From the IMG/VR virus record IMGVR_UViG_3300018475_001895: a stretch of DNA of 64,000 nt; one strand, given 5' to 3'. Numbering within the stretch: the first letter of the stretch is position 1; every line of letters starts with the position of its first letter. Below the pieces are notes generated by a model. It was given only the letters and a program-made list of their open reading frames with translations. It ran no database searches and had not been told where the DNA came from. Source of the DNA: an uncultured virus (IMG/VR IMGVR_UViG_3300018475_001895) (lineage: Duplodnaviria > Heunggongvirae > Uroviricota > Caudoviricetes). This document shows positions 38,188 through 46,976 of the stretch, piece by piece. The translations under genes were made by a program, and so were the position numbers.

Positions 38188-39882
38188 GGTGGGCAATCTA
38201 TACCAAACTTTGAATACGGTCTTGCAATCGGTGTGCATAAAAGTTTTCGCAAGGCTATTATTCAGAAAATTCTTGATTATCTCAATATCATTGCAGGCAT
38301 TGAGTATCAGTCTTTGAAGACTGAAATTAAAGCCAGTGTTGATCACTACATTGCTAATGGTGTCAAGCTGAATGAGTATGTTGCGGAAGAAAACATGTCC
38401 AAGGATCCTTCTAGGATTATAGCAATCTCTGATATTATTCGCAATTATACCAATACGGATATTAGTTTTGATACGGCTAGCAATATTCTTAAAAGTGCAA
38501 TTCGGACTGTTGTTGATGAAACACATCAGGCCACTGAAGCTGTTATCCATAATCTTAACAGTATGCATTCTCGTGCTGGCGCACAGGTACCATTTTCTTC
38601 TTTGAACTATGGCACGGATACCACAGATGCTGGTAGACTTGTTATTAGAGAAACTTTGAATGCTGTAAATGAAGGTCTCGGTAACGGTGAAACGGCAATC
38701 TTCCCCATCTCTATTTTCCGAGTAAAAGATGGAATCAATTTTAAACCCGGGGATCCTAATTACGATCTCTATAGATATTCTATGGAGGTTACTGCTAAGA
38801 GACTATTCCCGAATTATGAGTTTCTTGATGCACCGTTCAATCTGCAGTATTATGTAGAAGGTAAACCTGAAACATACGTTGCTACGATGGGATGTAGGAC
38901 TCGTGTTATGGGCAATATCAACGGTCCTGAGATCTCTCATGGTCGTGGTAATCTGTCTTTTACAACCATCAACCTTCCCCGTCTTGCGATCAAGGCTGAA
39001 AAGAATATTGATAAATTCTTTGATGAGCTTGCTCATATGCTTCAGCTCGTCGAAGAACAGTTATATTTAAGATATAAATACCAGAGTACAAAGAAAGTTC
39101 TTAATTTCCCATTCCTTATGGGTGAGAGTCTTTGGTTGGATTCTGATAAACTTGAATACAATGATAGCGTGAAGGAAGTTCTCAAGCATGGCACATTAAG
39201 TATTGGGTTTATCGGCCTCGCCGAGGCTCTGGTAGCTTTGATTGGTAAGCATCATGGTGAGTCCAAAGAAGCTCAAGAACTCGGTCTTAAGATCATTGGG
39301 TTTATGCGCAAGTGGTGTGATGATGCAAGTCAGAGACATTACTTAAACTACAGTCTTCTGCAAACCCCGGCCGAAGGGCTTTCTGGAAGATTTACTCGTC
39401 TTGATAGAAAACGCTATGGCATTATTCCCGGTGTAACTGATAGAGAATACTATACTAATTCGAGTCATGTACCCGTTTACTATGAGATTAATGCTTTTGA
39501 TAAGATTGCTATCGAAGCGCCATATCATGCTCTGTGTAATGCAGGACATATTGCATATATCGAGATGGATGGAGATCCCAGTAAGAATGTCGATGCAATC
39601 GAGCAGATTCTTGCCCATATGAAGAATTGTGGTATCGGATATGGATCTATCAACCATCCTGTCGACTATGATCCTGTCTGTGGTTACACTGGTATCATTG
39701 ATGATGTATGCCCTCGCTGTGGTAGACGCGAAGGTGAACCTGTGGCAGTAGATAAGCTTCGTCATCTGGGTGTGTGGAAGCATCATGCAGCGGATCCGAT
39801 TGCATATCGTCCGGATCCCAACGAGGAAGCTGATAAAATTCCAAATATTTTCGTATACACACCGAAGAAGGAGAATGAATGA
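38188..39882 (+). CDS. nrdD: Anaerobic ribonucleoside-triphosphate reductase, exon 2 (lacks the glycyl-radical motif)
   Basis: LNSMHSRAGAQVPFSS, IFPI, TMGCRT, GRGNLSFTTINLPR, TPAEGL, YYTNS, CGY...CPRCG; no R(V/I)TGY at the C-terminus; spliced product ~804 aa. Confidence 0.93.
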   Translation, partial: GGQSIPNFEYGLAIGVHKSFRKAIIQKILDYLNIIAGIEYQSLKTEIKASVDHYIANGVKLNEYVAEENMSKDPSRIIAISDIIRNYTNTDISFDTASNILKSAIRTVVDETHQATEAVIHNLNSMHSRAGAQVPFSSLNYGTDTTDAGRLVIRETLNAVNEGLGNGETAIFPISIFRVKDGINFKPGDPNYDLYRYSMEVTAKRLFPNYEFLDAPFNLQYYVEGKPETYVATMGCRTRVMGNINGPEISHGRGNLSFTTINLPRLAIKAEKNIDKFFDELAHMLQLVEEQLYLRYKYQSTKKVLNFPFLMGESLWLDSDKLEYNDSVKEVLKHGTLSIGFIGLAEALVALIGKHHGESKEAQELGLKIIGFMRKWCDDASQRHYLNYSLLQTPAEGLSGRFTRLDRKRYGIIPGVTDREYYTNSSHVPVYYEINAFDKIAIEAPYHALCNAGHIAYIEMDGDPSKNVDAIEQILAHMKNCGIGYGSINHPVDYDPVCGYTGIIDDVCPRCGRREGEPVAVDKLRHLGVWKHHAADPIAYRPDPNEEADKIPNIFVYTPKKENE

Positions 39883-40397
39883 GTAAGATCAGAGTAGCGG
39901 GTGTGATTGAGAATTCTACTGTTGACGGCCCCGGATTCCGCACAGTAATTTTTACTCAAGGATGTCCGCATCATTGTGAAGGGTGTCATAATCCGGAAAC
40001 CTGGTCTTGTGATGGTGGGACTTTAATTGAAGTGAAAGATCTTGCTGATCTTATCATGAAAAATCCATATTGTACTGCAATCACATTATCTGGTGGCGAA
40101 CCAATGAGTCAAGCTGCTGAATTGTGTGAATTGTTGGATGTGTTTGAAAGTGCTGGTAAGAGCTATCATGTGATGACTTTTACTGGATATACATTTGAAC
40201 ACCTGTGGGATAGTGGTTCCAACCACATGAAAGAACTAATTTCTCGATCTGATCTAGTGGTCGATGGGCCATTCATTATGACTGAGAAATCGTTGGAATT
40301 GTACTACCGAGGTTCGCGGAATCAACGAATTTTGGAAGGAAAGTCCTCGATCATGTTAGGTCGGCCGGTGCTTGCAAAGATCGGAGATCAGATCTAG
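39879..40397 (+). CDS. nrdG: Anaerobic RNR activating protein (radical SAM)
   Basis: VDGPGFR, QGCPHHCEGCHN (CxxxCxxC), SGGEP, VDGPF, RGSRNQR. Confidence 0.96.
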   Translation: MSKIRVAGVIENSTVDGPGFRTVIFTQGCPHHCEGCHNPETWSCDGGTLIEVKDLADLIMKNPYCTAITLSGGEPMSQAAELCELLDVFESAGKSYHVMTFTGYTFEHLWDSGSNHMKELISRSDLVVDGPFIMTEKSLELYYRGSRNQRILEGKSSIMLGRPVLAKIGDQI

Positions 40398-40437
40398 AAA
40401 GACTTATAAATTCTACTTCGAAGGAGTGTTTTGCTAC

Positions 40438-40515
40438 ATGAAGACTTTTGTAAGAAATGGTATTGAAATGGTTGGCGAAGGAGTTCGCTTTGATCGTATC
40501 AGGCGTGTTACCGGT
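40438..40515 (+). CDS. Stand-alone NrdD glycyl-radical peptide, exon 1
   Basis: AAGGAG SD; MKTFVRNGIEMVGEGVRFDRIRRVTG, then intron. Confidence 0.88.
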
Positions 40516-41501
40516 TGACCTACCAAATAGGCCGGTGCCCATGGTGACATGGGGCAATAAAATCCATTAAACTGTCGGGGACGATCCTTAGAGCTCTGAA
40601 TACTAAGTATATGCAGTGATGTATATATGGCAAAGTGTAACGGCTTTGGTATAGTAACAACGTCAGAGATTGGACAATCCGCAGCGAAACCTCTGTTTAT
40701 TTCAGAGGGACGTTCAACGATTATAATATGGAGAGTTTAGCTATGAGTAAAAAACCAGAAATAAAACCTACTGATAATGAAATTGAATATGTTACAGAAT
40801 GGTATGGTATAAAGAAGGCTGCAGAAATTGCGGATGATCTTGAAATCTCTGTGAATCGTGTATATAATATTTGCAGATTTATAGGATTTAAACATTTAAA
40901 TCGCAATTTCCTAATAATGTATGATCAGGAGCAAATTATCCTCGGTGGAATTCTCGGTGATGGTAATATTAAACGCAATGGTAGTAATTATTACTATCGA
41001 GAATCTCATTCCGAAAAAGAGAAAGAATACTGCTACTGGAAATTTAAGATGCTAGAAAACTTGGCGTCTAAACGAGGGTTCGGTATTTCCGATAAACGTG
41101 ATGGACAATATGGTTTTCAAACAATAAACTCACCAGCATTTAAGAAATATAAGAAAATGTCTAAAAGTGAGGTTATTGATAACTTAGATATACTAGGGGC
41201 TTTGGTATATTTTCTCGATGATGGATGGATGAAATCTACCGGGTTTTGTTTGTCTACAGGCATACTCGATGAAAATGAGCGTGAATTATTAAAGGCCAAA
41301 CTTGATAAACTATTTAGAATCGATTGTCACCTTATTGGCAATGAGACTTTATCAGTAACAAAGAAAGATATTATTAAGTTAATTAAAGCGTTTAAGAAGT
41401 ATATCCCTCATAACATTGATGTATACAGGAAGAAAGTGCAGCCGCTCATAGATAAATTTAAGGTATAATCTAATCCTCCCAGAAATGGAAGGCAGCCAAT
41501 G
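40516..41501 (+). mobile_element. Group I intron (986 nt) carrying a LAGLIDADG endonuclease, inserted right after the radical Gly codon
   Basis: P1 ACCGGU/GCCGGU; Q AATCCGCAGC 40676-40685; R CAACGATTA 40715-40723; S AGGTATAATC 41461-41470; terminal G 41501; splicing restores RVTG|YLVG. Confidence 0.92.
40728..41468 (+). CDS. Intron-encoded LAGLIDADG homing endonuclease
   Basis: IILGGILGDGNI and ALVYFLDDGW motifs, N-terminal HTH-like segment. Confidence 0.88.
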   Translation: MESLAMSKKPEIKPTDNEIEYVTEWYGIKKAAEIADDLEISVNRVYNICRFIGFKHLNRNFLIMYDQEQIILGGILGDGNIKRNGSNYYYRESHSEKEKEYCYWKFKMLENLASKRGFGISDKRDGQYGFQTINSPAFKKYKKMSKSEVIDNLDILGALVYFLDDGWMKSTGFCLSTGILDENERELLKAKLDKLFRIDCHLIGNETLSVTKKDIIKLIKAFKKYIPHNIDVYRKKVQPLIDKFKV

Positions 41502-41615
41502 TATCTGGTAGGCACATTGGATCGTTTTAATGATGCGAAGCGTGCTGAAGAACATGATCGCGTGAAGCATTCTGTTGGCATGCCGCTTAAGTTACAGGTA
41601 GGTGAAAGTGCGTGA
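41502..41615 (+). CDS. Stand-alone NrdD glycyl-radical peptide, exon 2
   Basis: YLVGTLDRFNDAKRAEEHDRVKHSVGMPLKLQVGESA*; spliced total 63 aa. Confidence 0.88.
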   Translation, partial: YLVGTLDRFNDAKRAEEHDRVKHSVGMPLKLQVGESA

Positions 41616-42115
41616 ATGGTGCCGCTATTGAGGAACGTATCTGGGTCGTTCACAATGGCGCTACAACCACTACTACGCTAAGAGATCTTTATGCAGCTTA
41701 TGTTGCCGGTCGACTGGGGGAATACCGCATTTATTATGTGGACCCTCAGTCGATCGAAGACTCTCGAAAAGATGATATGAAGAAACCTCTTGTTGGTACA
41801 ATGAGTATTCTTGAAGTAATCAATAATGGGATTCATCAGAAAGTGGTTGTTACGTCGGAGGATGATCTCACTGTTACAATGGGAGCAACTGGGACGTTGC
41901 TCGATTATGCTGACTGGGAGCCTACGCATCTTACTGTGAATTTTGCTCCGAATACGAAACATTTCGTTTCAGCACTGAGTGGAATTGGTGGGGCTCCTGG
42001 GGATAAGATCTTTATTCGCAAGATTAAGTCTTATCGAATGACAGGATCTTGTAATGTCGTTACATTACCAACACCCAATATGATTTCAGTGAACGGCTTT
42101 GTGGTTATGTGTTAA
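41612..42115 (+). CDS. Stand-alone degenerate Hint (intein-like) domain protein
   Basis: Pattern resembles intein blocks A/N2 (ERIWVVHNG..TLRDLY), B (EVINNG...VVVTSEDDLTVT) and F/G (NVVTL...ISVNGFVVMC); catalytic Cys1, TxxH and HN absent. Confidence 0.5.
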   Translation: MNGAAIEERIWVVHNGATTTTTLRDLYAAYVAGRLGEYRIYYVDPQSIEDSRKDDMKKPLVGTMSILEVINNGIHQKVVVTSEDDLTVTMGATGTLLDYADWEPTHLTVNFAPNTKHFVSALSGIGGAPGDKIFIRKIKSYRMTGSCNVVTLPTPNMISVNGFVVMC

Positions 42116-42149
42116 TTATTAATTGATTAATACTATAACTAATTTATAA

Positions 42150-43000
42150 GCTCGAAGTTGCTAGCGGGCTATTGAGGTACGATTCGGTTGGGCTGCCCTG
42201 GCGGGGTGATATGTGGAATCATCCTGCCCTCGTGCGTGCATGTGGCGGCCCGTTGTGCCTTGCCATTTTAGGCGTCCGGTGATAGCGGGGAATTCACTCG
42301 GCGCTAATTCCAGCTCAGTACAGTCGTAGTGTCAACGCTGTATGGTCAGATTAGCGACACGCCGATAATAAGGTCTGGCTTTAGGCGGCTAATCATTGAA
42401 TGTATACCAGAACCGAGCGCAGGATATAAAATAAGAAATCCGGTAACAATGCTACAGGACAAGTAGTATGCGCCGATAGGACTCTATGAGCGAGAGTCCT
42501 AGTTACTGGTCTATTTGAGGATTGAGAGTCGAGAACTACATTGAGGCGAAACTGGGATCTTTTATTAATCCTGCTTAACTGTGGTATTTGGGCCAACGAA
42601 TACGCGCTGGCAAGTCCTCGGTAAATTACGTCGGGATATATCAGATCTGACGGATGCGGTGTGGTAATGGCAGAGCTATTGTTCTAGGCCGTTATGTAAA
42701 TGTGTCTCGACTCTCTTTCCTCGGTAGTATTTTTATTTCATCAATATCCATCTTAATATATCCAGGGTGATAGTTTCGTATCGTAGGTTCACAGCCTAAC
42801 CCTGGCACATACGTATGCAATCCTTTGGATATTGGGCAGCAGACATTGTGAACATGACCTCCAATCTATGTAATCGTGGATATCGTTGTCGACCAAGTTT
42901 CAACGGTCGATCAGGACAACAAAGGCACTTCCTTGAGTATGGTATGTTTGCTTGTGAGGCAGGGAGCTGTAGAGGGTGGTGTGTCCTCTACAGCTCATTT
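42150..43000 (+). ncRNA. Large (~850 nt) highly structured non-coding RNA candidate
   Basis: No credible ORF; at least 10 nested helices, with G-U pairs on the plus strand; upstream TAATACTATAA motif; downstream terminator. Confidence 0.75.
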
Positions 43001-43006
43001 TATTTT
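42964..43006 (+). terminator. Intrinsic terminator of the ncRNA candidate
   Basis: GAGCTGTAGAGGG/TCCTCTACAGCTC stem followed by ATTTTATTTT. Confidence 0.8.
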
Positions 43007-43036
43007 ATCAATTATCACAGAAAGGTGTGAATTTAT

Positions 43037-43837
43037 ATGATGAAATTATGGGAAAAGATCCTAAACTTCTTTCATTTATATACACAAAGCCAGATGAAGC
43101 AAAAGCTGGCCGATAATACAGCTTACTATGACGCTGAAATTGTAGCTCTTCGAACTTCTGCTGAACAAACGGTAGAAGGGTTGAAGGGAATTATTTCCGC
43201 GCATGAAACTCTTCAGTTAAGATATGATGAGGTTGCTGAAGTCGTTACAAAACAGAACGATATGATTGCAAGTCTCAATAAAGTAAAAGAGAATCTTGAT
43301 AAACAGCTCACGATTGCTAATCAGAGACTTCGTGATATGGAGCGCGTTGATGCTGCGCGAGTAGAAGAAGTTGCTAGATATAAGGAAGCGGCAATGAAGA
43401 ACATAGAATACGTAAAAGATGTTCAGAAACAGCTTTCTGAGGTACTTCACGACAGTAATGCATTCGGATTTCCGAATAAAGTGGCTATACCCGGATCAAC
43501 ATCCATCAGAACTGATATCAGTGAAGATTCCGCAAATGGTGATATGATCATTGTTCGCGGAAGAACTCTTCTGACTGACGATATGACACCAAAAATTAAT
43601 GATACACCTGATATGTATGGTCGATTAGAATTGATCTTTGGTTATATGGAGAGATATGGAGTTCTGTCCAATATTGCTAAGAATCTGATCCGTTCTGGTA
43701 CGATTGCTTTTACTCTTGCATACAATGATCATTGCACTGCATATGAGACATATTATGAGTGTGTAGCAAAACGACAGGACGAGACATCTCTTGTCGTAAT
43801 CAATGATATGAAGAAATTAGATGTGGAGGGGCAATGA
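43037..43837 (+). CDS. Coiled-coil hypothetical protein
   Basis: 266 aa; GAAAGGTG SD; heptad-rich N-terminal half. Confidence 0.75.
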   Translation: MMKLWEKILNFFHLYTQSQMKQKLADNTAYYDAEIVALRTSAEQTVEGLKGIISAHETLQLRYDEVAEVVTKQNDMIASLNKVKENLDKQLTIANQRLRDMERVDAARVEEVARYKEAAMKNIEYVKDVQKQLSEVLHDSNAFGFPNKVAIPGSTSIRTDISEDSANGDMIIVRGRTLLTDDMTPKINDTPDMYGRLELIFGYMERYGVLSNIAKNLIRSGTIAFTLAYNDHCTAYETYYECVAKRQDETSLVVINDMKKLDVEGQ

Positions 43838-43856
43838 CCCCTCCACATCTTTTATT
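43819..43856. terminator. Terminator between convergent genes
   Basis: AGATGTGGAGGGG/CCCCTCCACATCT stem followed by TTTATT. Confidence 0.75.
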
Positions 43857-43894
43857 CAATTTTCAGGAATATGCTACTGCAACAGCTATTGCCG

Positions 43895-44386
43895 TCACTC
43901 AGAAGTAGTTTCCTCCTTAGTAGTAGCGTCTTCTTTCGCTGCTTCTTGTTTAGCTTCATCGATAGCCTTCTGAGCTTCCTCTTCAGCGTTTGTCGTTCCA
44001 CCAATAAGTTCAATCAGCGTCATGATAGACACAGTAAGCTCTTGAGCCCGCACTTTATCCAGACCGCCTTCGCTGATCCAGTAGCCGACAACAGCAACGA
44101 CTTCCAGAATTGCAAAGACAATAATAGCTGTGGTATTGTCACCAAAACCGATCACACCACATACACCGGCCACCATCAGTGCGACAGCAAGCCAGAATTT
44201 ACGGCTCTTCAGCTTATCTTTTAGTGTAGGCTTCTGTGCTTGAATATCGACAAGAGACTGAGCCATGTTGATCAGTTTCTCAACATTAGCCGACTGGTTC
44301 GTCTCCAGTGTCGACGTATTCGTCTGTGTAGTCTGGTTCAGAGACTGGGATTGGGATTGGTTGAGGGATTGGGATGTCGACATCAT
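43895..44386 (-). CDS. Putative holin
   Basis: KLKSRKFWLAVALMVAGV followed by two TM helices and YWISEGGLD, a pattern typical of Firmicutes phage holins. Confidence 0.65.
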   Translation of the reverse strand: MMSTSQSLNQSQSQSLNQTTQTNTSTLETNQSANVEKLINMAQSLVDIQAQKPTLKDKLKSRKFWLAVALMVAGVCGVIGFGDNTTAIIVFAILEVVAVVGYWISEGGLDKVRAQELTVSIMTLIELIGGTTNAEEEAQKAIDEAKQEAAKEDATTKEETTSE

Positions 44387-44723
44387 AATTTACCTCACTT
44401 TCAATTTTTTCTTCTTTTGACTTTTTATCACCACGAGGTTTGAAGATATCGTTATACTTAAAAACATTCTCAATCGTCTTGGTGATAAGATAGAAACCGA
44501 TTTGTCCGATTACGATTGTGCACACATTAGATGAAAGACTTTCTGCAATCTGTCCACGTCCCATAAAGGCAAGAACATATGAACACCAGATCCATGCAAC
44601 ACCATTGATAGAATAGAACCAAATTAGCTGCTTAGATGTAGATGAGAAAGTTTTTGCTAAGCCGTTTGTGAATCCAGTAGGTTCTTTTACGCCTTCGGAA
44701 TTCTTTTTATGGAATATACCCAT
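44286..44723 (-). CDS. Two-TM membrane protein (lysis-module neighbour)
   Basis: SKQLIWFYSINGVAWIWCSYVLAFMG...VCTIVIGQIGFYLI; AAAGGAGG SD. Confidence 0.7.
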   Translation of the reverse strand: MGIFHKKNSEGVKEPTGFTNGLAKTFSSTSKQLIWFYSINGVAWIWCSYVLAFMGRGQIAESLSSNVCTIVIGQIGFYLITKTIENVFKYNDIFKPRGDKKSKEEKIESEVNYDVDIPIPQPIPIPVSEPDYTDEYVDTGDEPVG

Positions 44724-44734
44724 TGGTACCTCCT

Positions 44735-46849
44735 TTACTCAGTTGCAGCTTGAATCACGATCAGGAACTGGAGAATGTCCCCCTCTTTCAGTCGGATATT
44801 GAGAAGCTCAATACCGGTGGCAGTGACATCATAATCTTGACCTTCACGCAGAACTGTCTGTCCATAATTGACAAGCAGAATCTTATCAGTATCGGGATTA
44901 TAATCATCAACCGTGATCAAGTTGTTATTGTTGGTAGTTTCGCTGTATACTGCAAGCTTGGTAAAGAAATTACCAGGACGCGTTTTGAGCTCGGTGATAG
45001 CTGCTTCCAGATAAGTTCTCAGGTCAGTATTCTGATTCTGTGTAGATACCGTCCAATGGAACTTACTAGTAGCATTACCAGTATTACCGACATAGAGATT
45101 GATCTCATCTGCGTGATACCACACATCACCGATTGTAGTACGATTACCATCTGCATCCATATTAGGTGGTTCAGAGGGTTGAATAGTAATCTGGGATGGA
45201 ACCATACCGAGACCATGTTCAATCACTGTTTCACCAAGAGTGTTAGGATCATCGCCATAGTAAAGATCTTTCTGTGTATCACCGAAGAAGTTACCGTCAC
45301 CCTCAGCAACCTGGAAGATAGGATATGTAGAAGTGATATCCATCTGACCATGACCGAGAGAATACCAAACGTGCTTATCTTCATTATACACTAACCAGAG
45401 ATAAGATCCTTCTTTATATCCACCAAATACAGGATTACCAAAACAGTCACAGATAGCCTCTGCGGGACCATCGATACATTTTGCCGTGGGCGCCGTTTCA
45501 AGATCATGTGCTAACTTTACCAGCAAAGTATAATGGTCACAGAGAACGCTATAGGACATATCTAAATGAATATGCTGACCAGACTGACCACTTGCATTGA
45601 TGACGTTGAAGTTGGGAACGTCCATCATTGCACCCTGGAGAATTGTAAAATAGATAGCCTCATTTGTATCCAGATGACTGGTGAGAAGCACTACCTGATC
45701 CAGAGTATCAATGGTGTAGTCAACATCATACACGAGTAATTTATTGTCTCTGATTACACTAAGATGATCTTTCTTACGATTAAAGTTAGGGACTGGAATA
45801 ACAGTAATCCCATTATCGGTCGCTACATATTCTTCATGTAATACATTGAGAGAATATCTGTAGTTTCCAGTAGCTCCCCAATTATTTGGAACAATTTCAC
45901 CATTGGTTTCAATCATCCTGACAGTACGGAAAACGAGAATATCATCAGCATAAAGAGGAAACGCCATTTGGATATGAGCCGAATCTTCTGTGATTTCATA
46001 GTCTAAACCATTTCGTAAGATAGTTTGACCATAGTTGATCTCCAGATAATTAGAACCGATAGCCTTTACCGGAATAGGCACTCGTTCTGTTCCAGTTTCA
46101 TCAATCGTTACTGGATAGTTTTCTACTTCAATATCATATTTGAAATTTCCACGCTTAGCAGTCACTGTATAAGATGTAATCTTAAAGAAAAGAATTTCAT
46201 CCTTGTACAACGAAAAGTTGAGGAGTTTTATTGTATCGGGAGCTTTACGAACGAACTCATAGTCTAGCATCGGTCGAAGCATAGTTTGACCATAGTTAAT
46301 ATCCAGCATCATTGTGTTAGCATCAAACCCGGGAATTACAATCAAACTCTCATTATCGTGTGTGGCAGTATGTGTGTATTCTCTTACAACAGGGAGCAGC
46401 ACCTTAGTGATATCACTATAGGTATCACTGCTCATCAACGTCCATGCATTTTGTTTTTCGCTATACACAAGGAACATTGTAGTTCCAGCACACTGACCAC
46501 CAGGAATAGGTTCACCCGCACCACTTAAAATAGGTTTAGGTCCACTTCCATTAAAATCGAGAGATGGTTCACACTCTACATTGGTGTGAACTGTAAGTAA
46601 AAGAGGAAATCCATCTGTGAGAATTTTATTACGAATATGCGCTTCTAGTTTTCGCTCAGTGCCACGACTATATGCATGGTTGAAATGTTTCACTGAATTA
46701 CCCAGATGATTATCATAGGTAGTCAGCCAGGTCTCTAATACACCGCCGTTTTCCCGACGAAGAATATTAGAAGTTACCGTTTGTGGAAAAAGAATATCGA
46801 AGATGTTTTTCTTCGCATTAAAACGGCGCATACGAAATAGCCGATTCAT
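44735..46849 (-). CDS. Putative tail/baseplate accessory protein with repeated NYGQTxLR..DY modules
   Basis: 704 aa; three NYGQT(M/I/V)LR..DY copies plus one degenerate copy; AACATGACTATA motif at 46884-46895. Confidence 0.65.
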   Translation of the reverse strand: MNRLFRMRRFNAKKNIFDILFPQTVTSNILRRENGGVLETWLTTYDNHLGNSVKHFNHAYSRGTERKLEAHIRNKILTDGFPLLLTVHTNVECEPSLDFNGSGPKPILSGAGEPIPGGQCAGTTMFLVYSEKQNAWTLMSSDTYSDITKVLLPVVREYTHTATHDNESLIVIPGFDANTMMLDINYGQTMLRPMLDYEFVRKAPDTIKLLNFSLYKDEILFFKITSYTVTAKRGNFKYDIEVENYPVTIDETGTERVPIPVKAIGSNYLEINYGQTILRNGLDYEITEDSAHIQMAFPLYADDILVFRTVRMIETNGEIVPNNWGATGNYRYSLNVLHEEYVATDNGITVIPVPNFNRKKDHLSVIRDNKLLVYDVDYTIDTLDQVVLLTSHLDTNEAIYFTILQGAMMDVPNFNVINASGQSGQHIHLDMSYSVLCDHYTLLVKLAHDLETAPTAKCIDGPAEAICDCFGNPVFGGYKEGSYLWLVYNEDKHVWYSLGHGQMDITSTYPIFQVAEGDGNFFGDTQKDLYYGDDPNTLGETVIEHGLGMVPSQITIQPSEPPNMDADGNRTTIGDVWYHADEINLYVGNTGNATSKFHWTVSTQNQNTDLRTYLEAAITELKTRPGNFFTKLAVYSETTNNNNLITVDDYNPDTDKILLVNYGQTVLREGQDYDVTATGIELLNIRLKEGDILQFLIVIQAATE

Positions 46850-46900
46850 AAAAACATTACCTCCTTCATCGGATATCTCCGGTTATAGTCATGTTTCACG

Positions 46901-46945
46901 AAAAGAATACCGCTGGGGAGAATATCCCCAGCGGTACTTTATTTT
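46901..46945 (-). terminator. Intrinsic terminator
   Basis: TACCGCTGGGGA/TCCCCAGCGGTA stem with A/T tracts. Confidence 0.75.
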
Positions 46946-46976
46946 AAGTCTTAGTTGTGCAGTTTGAGATTACTAA

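Noticed and set aside
42150..43000. tRNA cluster, tmRNA, RNase P RNA or intron as the identity of the large RNA
   Set aside because: No T-loop/CCA cloverleaf, no GAGGAAAGTCC, no P7 or domain V signature, and no interrupted flanking gene found by eye
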